Assembly: GCA_963785235.1 (NCBI GenBank)
Contig: CAWAUM010000003.1
Span: 256,001-320,000, forward strand
Reading direction: 5' to 3'
Length of the DNA: 64,000 nt
Source: an uncultured delta proteobacterium
GTDB taxonomy: Bacteria; Desulfobacterota; Desulfomonilia; UBA1062
Below are positions 19,361 through 29,031 of this stretch, piece after piece. Each line of letters opens with the position of its first letter. Position 1 is the stretch's first letter. The notes below the pieces were generated by a model. The model was not told the DNA's origin. It saw only the letters and a program-made list of their open reading frames with translations, and searched no databases. The position numbers and the translations under genes are program-made.

Positions 19361-21337
19361 TTAATAATCCTGCAACTTCAAGGGTATTGTGATTACAAAA
19401 TATCCGCCCGAATCCGATGCCCTGGCCTCTACCTGGCCTCCATGGGCATGTATGATCTCCTTGGTGATGGCAAGACCGAGCCCTATACCTCCCTTGGCCC
19501 TGCCGCTTGCTCCCACGAAAAAATCGCTGAAAAGCTCTCTGGCCTCATCGACCCTTATCCCCGGCCCCTGATCACGCACAGAGATAACTGCACACTCCTG
19601 ATTCAAAAACATCCTCAGTGCCTCGCTATCGGATTTTGCCTTACCGATGCTTACCGTCACCTCGGATTCCTCAGGAGAATGCTTTATGGCATTATCAATG
19701 AGGTTCGTTAGCGCCTGCTCAAACCGTATAGGGTCTATGAATAAGGCGTCTATACCGCCTGTATCATCGAAGGTTATGGTTATTTTCTTATCCCGGGTGC
19801 CGATCTGCATGTTCCTGACTATCCTTTGAATATAGTCGCCGACAGCGACCTTCTCCCGGTTCAGGATGAACTTCTCGGAATGGATCTTTGCAAAATCCAG
19901 CAAAGAGTTGGAAAACAGAAGCAGTTTCTCGCACTGTTTCTCGATCTCATCAACGCACTCTTTCTGTCCATCGCTAAGGACGCACTCCTTATCGCGAGCC
20001 AGCATTCTGCCGTACCCCCTGATTACTGTCAATGGCACACGTATCTCGTGGGAGGCTACATTCAGGAACCTGGTCTTTAAGGTAAGCAATTCTTTTTTAC
20101 TGGTAATGTCGCGGACTACCCCTACATAACACTCATCGTCTTCTATCATCAGCCTTCCGATGGAAATCTCAAGATAGACCCTCTGCCCATCCTTGCGTAT
20201 GGCCTGGAGTTCGAGGTTGGGTACAAATATATTCCCTTCCTGCAACCTGAGCGCATCAGCCAAGGCATGGATGGATTCTTTTGCAACGATGTGCCTGAAA
20301 TGTCTATTCAGGATCTCGTCCGGCTCATAACCGAGCATTTCCTGGAACTTCCTGTTCACGAGCAGGAAGCGCCCGTTCTTGATGATGTAGACGGCGTCAA
20401 TGGCCTTTTCCACCATGTCCTTGTACTGGTCCTTGACACGGACAAGCTCTTTTTCCTTAAACCGTTCCAATGTCACGTCCCTGATACATGCAACCACCTG
20501 CCATGACGGCTTCAGCGGCAAGGGCGAGAGGTCGAAACTGAAGATCTTTCCCTTGGACTCGACATCCAGCGTAGCCCCCTCCTTGTCGGATACGATCTTC
20601 TGAATGACCGTATCACCGACAATATCGGCCAGGCTCTCCCCCGCCCTCTTGCCGATCATCTCGGATGCCCGCTTGTTCATGGTGGTGATGATGCCCTTTG
20701 TATCCGTGGTAAGCACCCCCATGGACATCCAGTTGAATACCTTCAGAATGCTCTTGCCGAATTCCAGCATGGCCTTGTCTGTCATGGAAAGCTCGGCCTT
20801 GAGCATTCTGTTGATCTCTTCCACTTCCCTCATGAGCTTGGCATTGCGCAACGCCAGGGCTGCAGGAGAGAGCAGGATCGAGATCAGTTTAAGATCCTCA
20901 TCTTTAAAGGCAAAGGCCTTGGGATGACTCAGATTGAGAACGCCCACAAGCTCGTCCTTGTTGTAAATGAGAGGCAGGCTCAGGATGGAGCCGATACTGA
21001 CCTTGTTGTTCCTGACCTGGAACCTCTCATCCTTTGAGGTATCGTGGATGATGATGGGCTTACCGCCTAGTGCCGCCACACCCGCAATGCCCTCCCCGAT
21101 GGAGAAAATCTGGCCGAGCGATTCTTCCGAATAACGGCTTCTTTTATCTTTCCTTCCCTTGGCGGCCTTGATCTCAAGACTGCAATTGTCGGATGTAGGC
21201 ATCATGATAGAGGCATTTTCCGCAGGCGTATCGTCAATAACGATGTCCAGGATAGACCGAGCAACAGCCTCAACGTCAGGGGCAAGGGAAATGGCCTCGT
21301 TGATCCTTCGGAAGATGATGAGCTCCTTGTTTTCCAT
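19361..21337 (-). CDS. GAF-PAS-PAS sensor histidine kinase
   Basis: GAF domain (GEGIAG), PAS domains, H-box SHEIRVPLT, N-box NLIDNAIKHS, G-boxes DQGPG and GLGLAI. Confidence 0.9.
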   Translation of the reverse strand: MENKELIIFRRINEAISLAPDVEAVARSILDIVIDDTPAENASIMMPTSDNCSLEIKAAKGRKDKRSRYSEESLGQIFSIGEGIAGVAALGGKPIIIHDTSKDERFQVRNNKVSIGSILSLPLIYNKDELVGVLNLSHPKAFAFKDEDLKLISILLSPAALALRNAKLMREVEEINRMLKAELSMTDKAMLEFGKSILKVFNWMSMGVLTTDTKGIITTMNKRASEMIGKRAGESLADIVGDTVIQKIVSDKEGATLDVESKGKIFSFDLSPLPLKPSWQVVACIRDVTLERFKEKELVRVKDQYKDMVEKAIDAVYIIKNGRFLLVNRKFQEMLGYEPDEILNRHFRHIVAKESIHALADALRLQEGNIFVPNLELQAIRKDGQRVYLEISIGRLMIEDDECYVGVVRDITSKKELLTLKTRFLNVASHEIRVPLTVIRGYGRMLARDKECVLSDGQKECVDEIEKQCEKLLLFSNSLLDFAKIHSEKFILNREKVAVGDYIQRIVRNMQIGTRDKKITITFDDTGGIDALFIDPIRFEQALTNLIDNAIKHSPEESEVTVSIGKAKSDSEALRMFLNQECAVISVRDQGPGIRVDEARELFSDFFVGASGRAKGGIGLGLAITKEIIHAHGGQVEARASDSGGYFVITIPLKLQDY

Positions 21338-21399
21338 GGTCTCCCTTATCCCTACCTAATCCATAATAGATTACATGTGCTTGCTCGTGACCCGGAGCT

Positions 21400-22870
21400 T
21401 CAGCGATTATTTTTCTTGGATTTCTTTGAAGACTTTTTCTTATCCTTACGTCTCTTCAGATCCACCAGGTTCTTTTTGGGGGGCTTTGGTGCACCCTTTC
21501 CCAGGATGCCTGCGATATTCGGATTCACCCCGAGCTTGGAGAGGACCTTCTTCTTGCCCATACCCAGGCCCTGCATAATCTGCCGCATGGTGCCGAAGCG
21601 GGCTATGAGCTCTGTTATCCTCTGCCTGGGCTGGCCGCATCCCTTAGCAATACGGTTGATACGGCTGTCGTTCAGGCAGTCCGGGTTCTCCCTCTCGAAG
21701 GTTGTCATGGAGTGGATGATGGCTTCTACCCGGACAAGCTCCCGGTCGTCCACCTGGACTCCCTGGGGCAGTCCGAACTGGCCCAGCGGAAGCTTGCCGA
21801 TGATGTCCGTGAGTGAGCCCATCTTTTTCATCATCTTGAGCTGCTTGAGAAAATCGTCAAAGGAGAAGTCCCCCCGCATGAGCTTTGCGGCATCTTCTTC
21901 AGCCTTCTTTTCGTCTATGACCTCTTCGAAGTCCTTCACCAGACCGACGATATCGCCATGCCCGAGTATGCGCGATGCGAGGCCTTCCGGACGGAATTCC
22001 TCAAGCTTGTCCAGAGACTCACCCATGCCAAGATACTTTACCGGCTTTCTTGGTCACTTCCTTGATGGAAAGCGCAGCGCCGCCCCTCGCGTCACCGTCG
22101 AGCTTCGTGAGAATGAACCCAGACAGGTCAAGCCTGCGGTCAAACTCCCTGGCAACATTCACAGATTCCTGGCCGATCATGGCATCCACTACCAGCAGGA
22201 TATTTTCCGGACGGGTGGCGATTTTGATATCCTCCAGCTCCTGCATGAGGGTATCGTCAAGGATATTCCGGCCTGCGGTATCGAAGAGCACGACATCACA
22301 GCCCTTGATCTGGGCTGCCTCCATGGCATCCTTGCAGATCTGGGGAGGGGTCTTGCCCGGGGCAAAGAACACGGGGATATCGAGCCTGCCTCCCAAGACC
22401 TTGAGCTGGTCAATAGCAGCAGGACGGTACACGTCGGCGGCAACCATCATGGGTTTCTTGCCCATTTTCTGGATGAACCGTGCGAGCTTCGCGGTTGTAG
22501 TAGTCTTGCCGCTTCCCTGAAGCCCTACCATCATGACCGCGCTCACAGCGCGCCCGGTCAATTTCAACGAGGTATCAACAGGCCCCATGATACCCACGAG
22601 TTCATCATAGCAGATCTTTACAAAATGCTGTTCCGGGGAAACCTTCAGCTTCTTTCCGCCATGGGTGACCTTTGTATGAACGATTTCACCGAGGGCCTTG
22701 TTTTTGACTTTATCGATAAATTCCTTGACCACATGGAATTCCACATCCGCTTCCAGCAGAGAGATCCGGATCTCTTTTAAGGCGTCCTCAATATGCTTTT
22801 CCTGGATGGTGACCTTGCCCTGGAAGATATTCTGGGCCTTGCGAAATCCATCAGATAACAGTTCTAACAT
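21400..22870 (-). CDS. ffh: Signal recognition particle protein Ffh, frameshifted near 22040
   Basis: LLEADV, GLQGSGKTT, DTAGR, TKLDGDARGGAALS; M domain (SRILG.GD, SMT..ER, RIAKG.G) in the second frame. Confidence 0.9.
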
Positions 22871-23013
22871 ACGCTCTTCTCCAAAACGTTCTCAAAGATT
22901 GTCACGCGCCCATTTTACTCACAGCAGGCAACCAGTCCTCCATAAAGGCATATCATGCGCCTTGTCAAGGACGGTCATGGGTAGGAAAAAAAAGTGGTAA
23001 GTTGTATGTAATC

Positions 23014-23946
23014 TTAGGCCTCTTCGCCCAACTTTAAAATCTTTTCATAATCATGGGTGACCTTAGCCTGGATCTGCTCGATCTCCTTATCGGTGAGGTG
23101 TCTGAACCGTCCCTGTCCGCTTAAATATTCAGAAACCGGGATAAGCTTCTTCTCGGATGGCTTATAGGTAACCCGGTATTTCCCATTTACCACCTCAAAA
23201 AGAGGGAAGACGCAGGAGTTCACGGCCAGCCTCCCGTACTTGATGGCATCAGCGGGCTGGATCCTCCACCCTGTGGGGCATACCGAGAGGATGTGGATAT
23301 ATGCCGGGCCCTCTATCTCACTCGCCCGCTTCACCTTGTCCAGGAGATCAAAGGGAAAGCTGGGACATGCAGTGGCTACATAGGGGATGTCGTGGGCAAC
23401 AGCTATCTGGACCATGTTCTTCTTCTGGGTGTGCTGACCGATGCTCTTCTTTCCGGCCGGGCTCGTGGTGGTGCTGGCGCCATACGGTGTGCTCGAAGAA
23501 CGCTGGATGCCCGTGTTCATATAGGCCTCGTTGTCATAGCAGACATAGATCATGTCATGGCCGCGCTCCAAGGCCCCGGACAGCTGCCCCATGCCGATAT
23601 CCGCAGTGGCGCCGTCTCCGCCCATGCCGACAAAATTGATCTTCTTCTGCGGGAGCTTGCCCTTGCGCATCAAGGCCTTCATGCCGGCCTCGCAGCCCGA
23701 GATGACCGCTGAAGGGTTCTCAAAGGCGTTATGGATCCACGGCACCTTCCATGAGGTCAGCGGCAGGGGCGAGGAGATGATCTCCATGCATCCCGTTGCC
23801 ATTGCCACAATGGTGTCCTTGCCAAGGGCCTTCATCACGAGACGCACGGCCAGGGCTTCCGCACAACCCTGACAAGCACGGTGGCCCGAGGCAAAATATT
23901 CAGCTCTTTCGACATTTTTCGGAGAAGAAACGGATGTCTTGGCCAT
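23014..23946 (-). CDS. porB: Pyruvate:ferredoxin oxidoreductase beta subunit
   Basis: GHRACQGC, TPP motif GDG...DNEAYMNTG, QGRFRHL. Confidence 0.92.
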   Translation of the reverse strand: MAKTSVSSPKNVERAEYFASGHRACQGCAEALAVRLVMKALGKDTIVAMATGCMEIISSPLPLTSWKVPWIHNAFENPSAVISGCEAGMKALMRKGKLPQKKINFVGMGGDGATADIGMGQLSGALERGHDMIYVCYDNEAYMNTGIQRSSSTPYGASTTTSPAGKKSIGQHTQKKNMVQIAVAHDIPYVATACPSFPFDLLDKVKRASEIEGPAYIHILSVCPTGWRIQPADAIKYGRLAVNSCVFPLFEVVNGKYRVTYKPSEKKLIPVSEYLSGQGRFRHLTDKEIEQIQAKVTHDYEKILKLGEEA

Positions 23947-23957
23947 GGTAAGTCTCC

Positions 23958-25137
23958 CTATCCCCTCAACCCATAAAGGGTGAAGCCTTCTGTGTCCCCG
24001 GACTGAGCCTTTTTCTTTCCGTCGAGGATGATATTTCTGAAGTCCTTGCGGGACACATCCCTGCCTGCAAGGCCTGCTATATAATTCACTATTGTAGGAG
24101 CACCGTCTTTCTTATACAGGGCTGAGCGGAGCTCTGAGGCCACCGGACCGCCGGGTCCGCCGAAACTGATGGCCCGATCCAGCACGATGAGGTATTTCTT
24201 GCCGAGTGCGGCCTTTCGGAACTCATCAAAGGGGAACGGCCTCCATAACCTGATCTTTATAACGCCTACCTTCTCCCCTTCATCCCTCAGGGCATCGACT
24301 GCCTCCATGGCAGTCTCACTGTAAGATCCCATGGTGACGATGCAATACTCCGCATCATCTGCACGATATGTCTCAATGGGATTGTAGTACCTGCCCGTGA
24401 GCTTACCCCACTCCTCCCAGGCGTTGAGTATGTAGGAATAGGAGCCCTGAACCCCGGCTTCACGGTTCATCTGGGCCTCGGTATAGATCTCCGGCATGCC
24501 GAAGCACCCCATGGAAATAGGGTTGTCCGGATGCAGCGTGTTTTTCATCTTGAAATCAGGCAGATAGGCTTTGATGAGCCCGTCATCTTCATATTCAACT
24601 AGCCTCCACCATGTGGGTGACGATAAAACCGTCCAGGTTTATTGCAACGGGCAGCATGACGCTTGGATCTTCCGATATTCTATAGGCGCAGAAGATGTTG
24701 TCATACGTCTCCTGTCCATTCTCTACAAAGATATGTATCCATCCGGCATCCCTGACCATCATGACATCGCTGTGGTCGTTCCATATGGACAGAGGGCTCG
24801 AAAGCGACCGGTTGGCCAGCGCCATGACCATGGGCAGTCTCATGGCTGCGGCGATGAAAAAGATCTCGCTCATGAGTGCAAGCCCCTGTGAACTCGTGGA
24901 GGTGAATGTCCTGGCGCCCACTGCAGAAGAGCCGCAACAGACACTCATGGCGGAATGCTCGCTCTCCACCGGGATATACTCGGCATCGAGCTCGCCATTG
25001 GCAACGATCTCCGAGAGGTGCTCTACTATGTGTGTCTGGGGAGTAATGGGATATGCGGCGATGACATCCACATTCGCCTGTGCCACGGCATCGGCGATGG
25101 CTATCGAAACCTCAACTCCTTTTCGTACCTTGCCCAT
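23958..25137 (-). CDS. porA: Pyruvate:ferredoxin oxidoreductase alpha subunit, frameshifted near 24600
   Basis: AYPITPQT, VESEHSA, TSSQGLALM; C-half RLWRPFP, GLAGRD in the second ORF. Confidence 0.9.
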
Positions 25138-25140
25138 GGC

Positions 25141-25434
25141 TCACTTCTCCTCACTTATCATGGTTATGCACTTCACCGGGCACTCTGCGGCGCATATACC
25201 GCACCCCTTGCAATAGGCGAGGTTCGCTTCAAAGTGCCCTTCGTCCGCCTCTTTGATGCAGCCCTCGGGGCAGTACAGCCAGCAGAACATGCACTTGATG
25301 CACTTTTCCTTCTCGACAACAGGCCTTTCAGAACGCCAGGAGCCTGTCTCGTATTGAACTGAATTTCCGATCTCTACGACGACAGCGCCGAACTCCAGTT
25401 CCTGCCACGTGATCTGATCCATCGGTTTCGCCAT
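25141..25434 (-). CDS. porD: Pyruvate:ferredoxin oxidoreductase delta subunit (2x[4Fe-4S])
   Basis: TGSWR..RP, CIKCMFCWLYCP, CKGCGICAAECP. Confidence 0.92.
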   Translation of the reverse strand: MAKPMDQITWQELEFGAVVVEIGNSVQYETGSWRSERPVVEKEKCIKCMFCWLYCPEGCIKEADEGHFEANLAYCKGCGICAAECPVKCITMISEEK

Positions 25435-25438
25435 AACC

Positions 25439-25990
25439 TTACCCCTTGATCACGACTTCGTTATAGGCCCTCTCAAGGGCCTTCAGATTCCTCTCGCCGA
25501 GCTTGGAGCCGAAACGCTCCAGGAGCGGGCCCTTGATATCATCAATGGAGATCAACCCGGTTACCTTGATAAACGCGCCGATCATGGTGGTGTTCACTAT
25601 GGGTCTGCCCACTTCTTCAATGGCAATCCTGTCTGCATCCACCGTGGCCACTCGAATTGCAGAACCTTTTGAGGTAACAAACTCTTCCGGGGTCTTCCTG
25701 GTATTCATGATGAGAATGCCGCCTTCCTTCATGCCCTCGGTAGGGTCCAGAAGCGTCACAAGCCCGGGATCCAGTACAATCACCACATCCGGCTCGTAGA
25801 CCTTGGCCCTTATGTTGATCTTGCGCTCATCAACCCTGCAGAAGGCAACCACAGGCGCACCCCGGCGTTCAGGACCGAAGCTGGGAAAAGCCTGCGCGAA
25901 TCTGCCGGTATTGATGGCGGCGATGGCTATGAGTTCAGCCGAAGTGACAGCGCCCTGTCCGCCTCTCCCATGGACCCTGATCTCATGCAT
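25439..25990 (-). CDS. porC: Pyruvate:ferredoxin oxidoreductase gamma subunit
   Basis: EIRVHGRGGQGAVT, FGPERRGAPV. Confidence 0.92.
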   Translation of the reverse strand: MHEIRVHGRGGQGAVTSAELIAIAAINTGRFAQAFPSFGPERRGAPVVAFCRVDERKINIRAKVYEPDVVIVLDPGLVTLLDPTEGMKEGGILIMNTRKTPEEFVTSKGSAIRVATVDADRIAIEEVGRPIVNTTMIGAFIKVTGLISIDDIKGPLLERFGSKLGERNLKALERAYNEVVIKG

Positions 25991-26128
25991 ATAAGCTCCT
26001 ATGAGGAAATTGAATGGTGATTCATATCATCCTTGGACTTGAGCTGTCAAGAAAAGATGAATCTTTCTCCCTTGGCGTAAATTGCCTGAAGAGCAGGTGT
26101 TTCCCGGTAGATATGGTATAATAATTAC

Positions 26129-27055
26129 CTAGATGGATTCCTCAATCTGAGGCCTCCTCTCAAGGATGAACTCATAGAACTTCATCATGAGAGGCAGGAA
26201 TTTCCGCTTTTTATTCCTTACAATAAAGAACTCCCTTTTGGTGTTCAGGTCTTTTATGGGAAGTGCAACCAGGGTCTTGTTTTCAACTTCATTCTTAACG
26301 ACATTTATGGAGAGCACCGCCACCCCAAGGTTAGCCTCGACCGCCCTCTTTATCCCTTCCGAGGAGCTCAGTTCCATGGTGACCTTACGCTCAATACCAA
26401 AGCGCTTGATCACATTCTCGATGATACTCCTTGTGCCGGAGCCTTCTTCCCTCAGAATAATGGCCGACGGCTCGGAAGACAGCGTCTTCATGGTGAGGTG
26501 ACCCATCCCTGCCCAGCGGTGCTTGGGAGAACACACAATGACCAACTCGTCTTTCATGAAGAATTCAGCCTGAAGGTCGGGGTGCTTGGGCGGATCCTGC
26601 ATAAAGGCAAAATCGAGCTCGCCGGCCACGCACTGTTCCACTGCCTCCTGCCGGTTCTGAATATTCAGGGCGATTTCAATCTTGGGGTAAAGCTCTTTGA
26701 ACTCACCCAGGAACTTCGGCAGGACATAGATCCCTACGGTGTTGGAGGCGCCGAGCAACAGTCTGCCCACATCCCCGGAGCTGAATTCATTCATCACGCC
26801 ATTGATCTCATCGATCAGATGAAGGAGCTTTTCCGAGTATTCAAAGAATGTCTTTCCGGCATCCGTCAGGGTGATCCTGCGGTTGATCCGGTCAAAGAGG
26901 CGGACATTCAACGAATCTTCAAGGTCCTTAATCTGGATACTCACCGACGGCTGAGACAGGTGCATCTTCTTGGCGGTCTTGGTGATGCTCAACGTCCGCG
27001 CAGCTATATTGAAGATGTGTACCTGGTGTATGTTCATAACACTCCTATGAAGCAT
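26129..27055 (-). CDS. LysR-family transcriptional regulator (CysL/CbbR-like)
   Basis: HTH SITKTAKKMHLSQPSVSIQIKDLE, LTDAG, REEGSGTR. Confidence 0.9.
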   Translation of the reverse strand: MLHRSVMNIHQVHIFNIAARTLSITKTAKKMHLSQPSVSIQIKDLEDSLNVRLFDRINRRITLTDAGKTFFEYSEKLLHLIDEINGVMNEFSSGDVGRLLLGASNTVGIYVLPKFLGEFKELYPKIEIALNIQNRQEAVEQCVAGELDFAFMQDPPKHPDLQAEFFMKDELVIVCSPKHRWAGMGHLTMKTLSSEPSAIILREEGSGTRSIIENVIKRFGIERKVTMELSSSEGIKRAVEANLGVAVLSINVVKNEVENKTLVALPIKDLNTKREFFIVRNKKRKFLPLMMKFYEFILERRPQIEESI

Positions 27056-27126
27056 GATTTACTTTTATTTAACAATATCATAAGAGAAAAATATTTGACA
27101 TGATCGAAATCGCTCCTATATATACG

Positions 27127-27212
27127 CCGCAGCCTATAGCAATCCTTCTAAGGGCTATAGACCTCCTTTTAGGCCCACTACCACCTATTACTTGAGTGGG
27201 CCCTTTTTTTTT
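27127..27212 (+). ncRNA. Candidate small RNA with anti-Shine-Dalgarno seed
   Basis: TTGACA (27095) and TATATA promoter, ctatagc/gctatag hairpin, unpaired ACCTCCTTTT (27161-27170), terminator ggcccact/agtgggcc plus T9. Confidence 0.5.
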
Positions 27213-27226
27213 GTTAATACATAATC

Positions 27227-27935
27227 ATGGCTGATGACAAACTCTTCAATACACCCTTTTCCGGGCTCAAGGGATTAAGGCTGCCGAAAGAGAGGAAGCC
27301 CGAGCCCAAACCCGCTAAGACACAACAGGTTCAGCCCCCCGTAAACACCGCACCTGATGAAGATGATTCCACAGTATACGCCAAGGCCATGGAAGGGGTC
27401 ATACTGCTGCCCAACGACCGGGTAACCCCTGAGCCCTTGGACCAGGACGCAATTGCCCGTCAGGTGAGGGAAAATTCACTTAGGCAGGACAAAGAAGTCG
27501 TGGATACACTCCATGCCCTGGTATCGGGAAAATCACGTTTTGACATCACCTGCACAGGTGAATATCTGGAAGGAAATGTTATCGCGCTGGATCCCAGGGT
27601 GTTGAAACAGCTGAAATCAGGCGAGTTCACCATCCAGGCTCACCTCGACCTCCATGGCCACGTGAAGGAAGCTGCAAAGACCGCCCTTATGACCTTCATT
27701 CATAACTGCCATGCCATGGGGTACAGGTCACTCCTGGTTATCCATGGCAGAGGACTGAAATCGGATATCGGTCCCGTTCTCAAAGAGGGGGTGGTAAGAT
27801 GGCTTACCACCGGAACCCTGTCCCACCTGGTGCTGGCCTTCTGTTCGGCCCGCCCCTATGATGGGGGCACAGGGGCGTTGTATGTGCTGCTTAAAAAGAG
27901 ACCGGTGAAATCAAAGTGGAAGAGACCGCTTAATG
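27227..27935 (+). CDS. Smr-domain endonuclease (true stop probably near 27933; ORF track overruns into holB)
   Basis: LDLHG, LVIHGRGLKS, GGTGALYVLL. Confidence 0.85.
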
Positions 27936-27970
27936 CATGTTTTGAACCAATATCCGATCTAAATCTCCGC

Positions 27971-28876
27971 TCATGCCCCTGCCAACCGGCTCACCATGAT
28001 GAACAACTCAGTGGCTGCAATCCTCAAATTGATGTTCTCATTCACGCCTCGCCTCATGGTGCTGATAAGGCTTGTTATGTTCTCGATCTCCTCCATGCCT
28101 GCATACCTTATAGGGGTCTGCCTTAAAGATTCATTCATCACTGCCTCACAGCCGAGGTGGAGCGCCATGATATCCCGAATCATTGATTCCACGATAACCA
28201 GCACCTCAGGCAATACTTCCCATCCCTCGGAATCGAAATATTTCCTGGCAAGCAGTGCCGGATCACTGCCGGTCAGCAGGGCTACAATCTCCTGGCGCAT
28301 GGCATTGGCATCCCTTATTTCGTCGTTTTCGACTTCAGGGTGTAAGGCGTTTATGCCTTGCTCGGGAACCCGGACGGCCTCATCTTCGCTAAAGCGTATA
28401 AACTGGCACCTGGAGACTATGGTAGGGAGCAACAGCTTCGGCCTGTGGCTGATGAGCATGATCACCGTACTTGAAGGCGGCTCTTCGAGGGTCTTCAACA
28501 GGGCATTGGCACTTTCATTACCCAGGTGCTCGGCAGGCTCAATGATAATACCCTTCATGTGTGCCTCAAAGGGCTTTAGTCCGACTTCTGCGAGGACTCC
28601 CCTCACATCATCCACCTTGATCCTTCTTGTACCCGGGGTCAACTCTATAAGGTCCGGATGTGTCCCTGCAATCACCTTCAGGCAACTCCTGCACTTATTG
28701 CACGAATCACCTGATTTTTCGAGACAGTTCAGTGCCTTGAAAAATTCCTTAGCTACAAAGGTCTTACCAAGACCGGGGGCACCTGCAAACAAAAACGCAT
28801 GAGGTACCTTGCCGGATAAACAGTAGGACTTAAGTATCTGCGTGATTTGGCTGTGTCCTTGGATGTCCTTCCACAT
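27971..28876 (-). CDS. holB: DNA polymerase III subunit delta'
   Basis: HAFLFAGAPGLGK, C..C.SC, HPD, ANALLKTLEEP, PTIVSRCQ. Confidence 0.88.
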   Translation of the reverse strand: MWKDIQGHSQITQILKSYCLSGKVPHAFLFAGAPGLGKTFVAKEFFKALNCLEKSGDSCNKCRSCLKVIAGTHPDLIELTPGTRRIKVDDVRGVLAEVGLKPFEAHMKGIIIEPAEHLGNESANALLKTLEEPPSSTVIMLISHRPKLLLPTIVSRCQFIRFSEDEAVRVPEQGINALHPEVENDEIRDANAMRQEIVALLTGSDPALLARKYFDSEGWEVLPEVLVIVESMIRDIMALHLGCEAVMNESLRQTPIRYAGMEEIENITSLISTMRRGVNENINLRIAATELFIMVSRLAGA

Positions 28877-29031
28877 AAGAACCAATGTACCGCAAAAGGG
28901 GATTTCTATGCAAACCTGTTTATACACCTCATATCTAGCTATTGTCTCAAAGCATAAGCCTCACCTTGACTTGAAGGGGCCTTTTCAGTTAATAAGCCTA
29001 AGCTTAAAGATTTTGGTTAATGGGAGGATCG

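Noticed and set aside
21377-22780. 467-aa plus-strand ORF
   Set aside because: Antisense shadow of ffh, with no motifs
22870-23010. Possible SRP RNA upstream of ffh
   Set aside because: No recognisable SRP domain IV motif; no tRNA or rRNA was recognised anywhere in the window
27935-28126. Apparent overlap of the Smr ORF with holB
   Set aside because: The Smr domain ends near 27930; the extension is probably due to a missed stop
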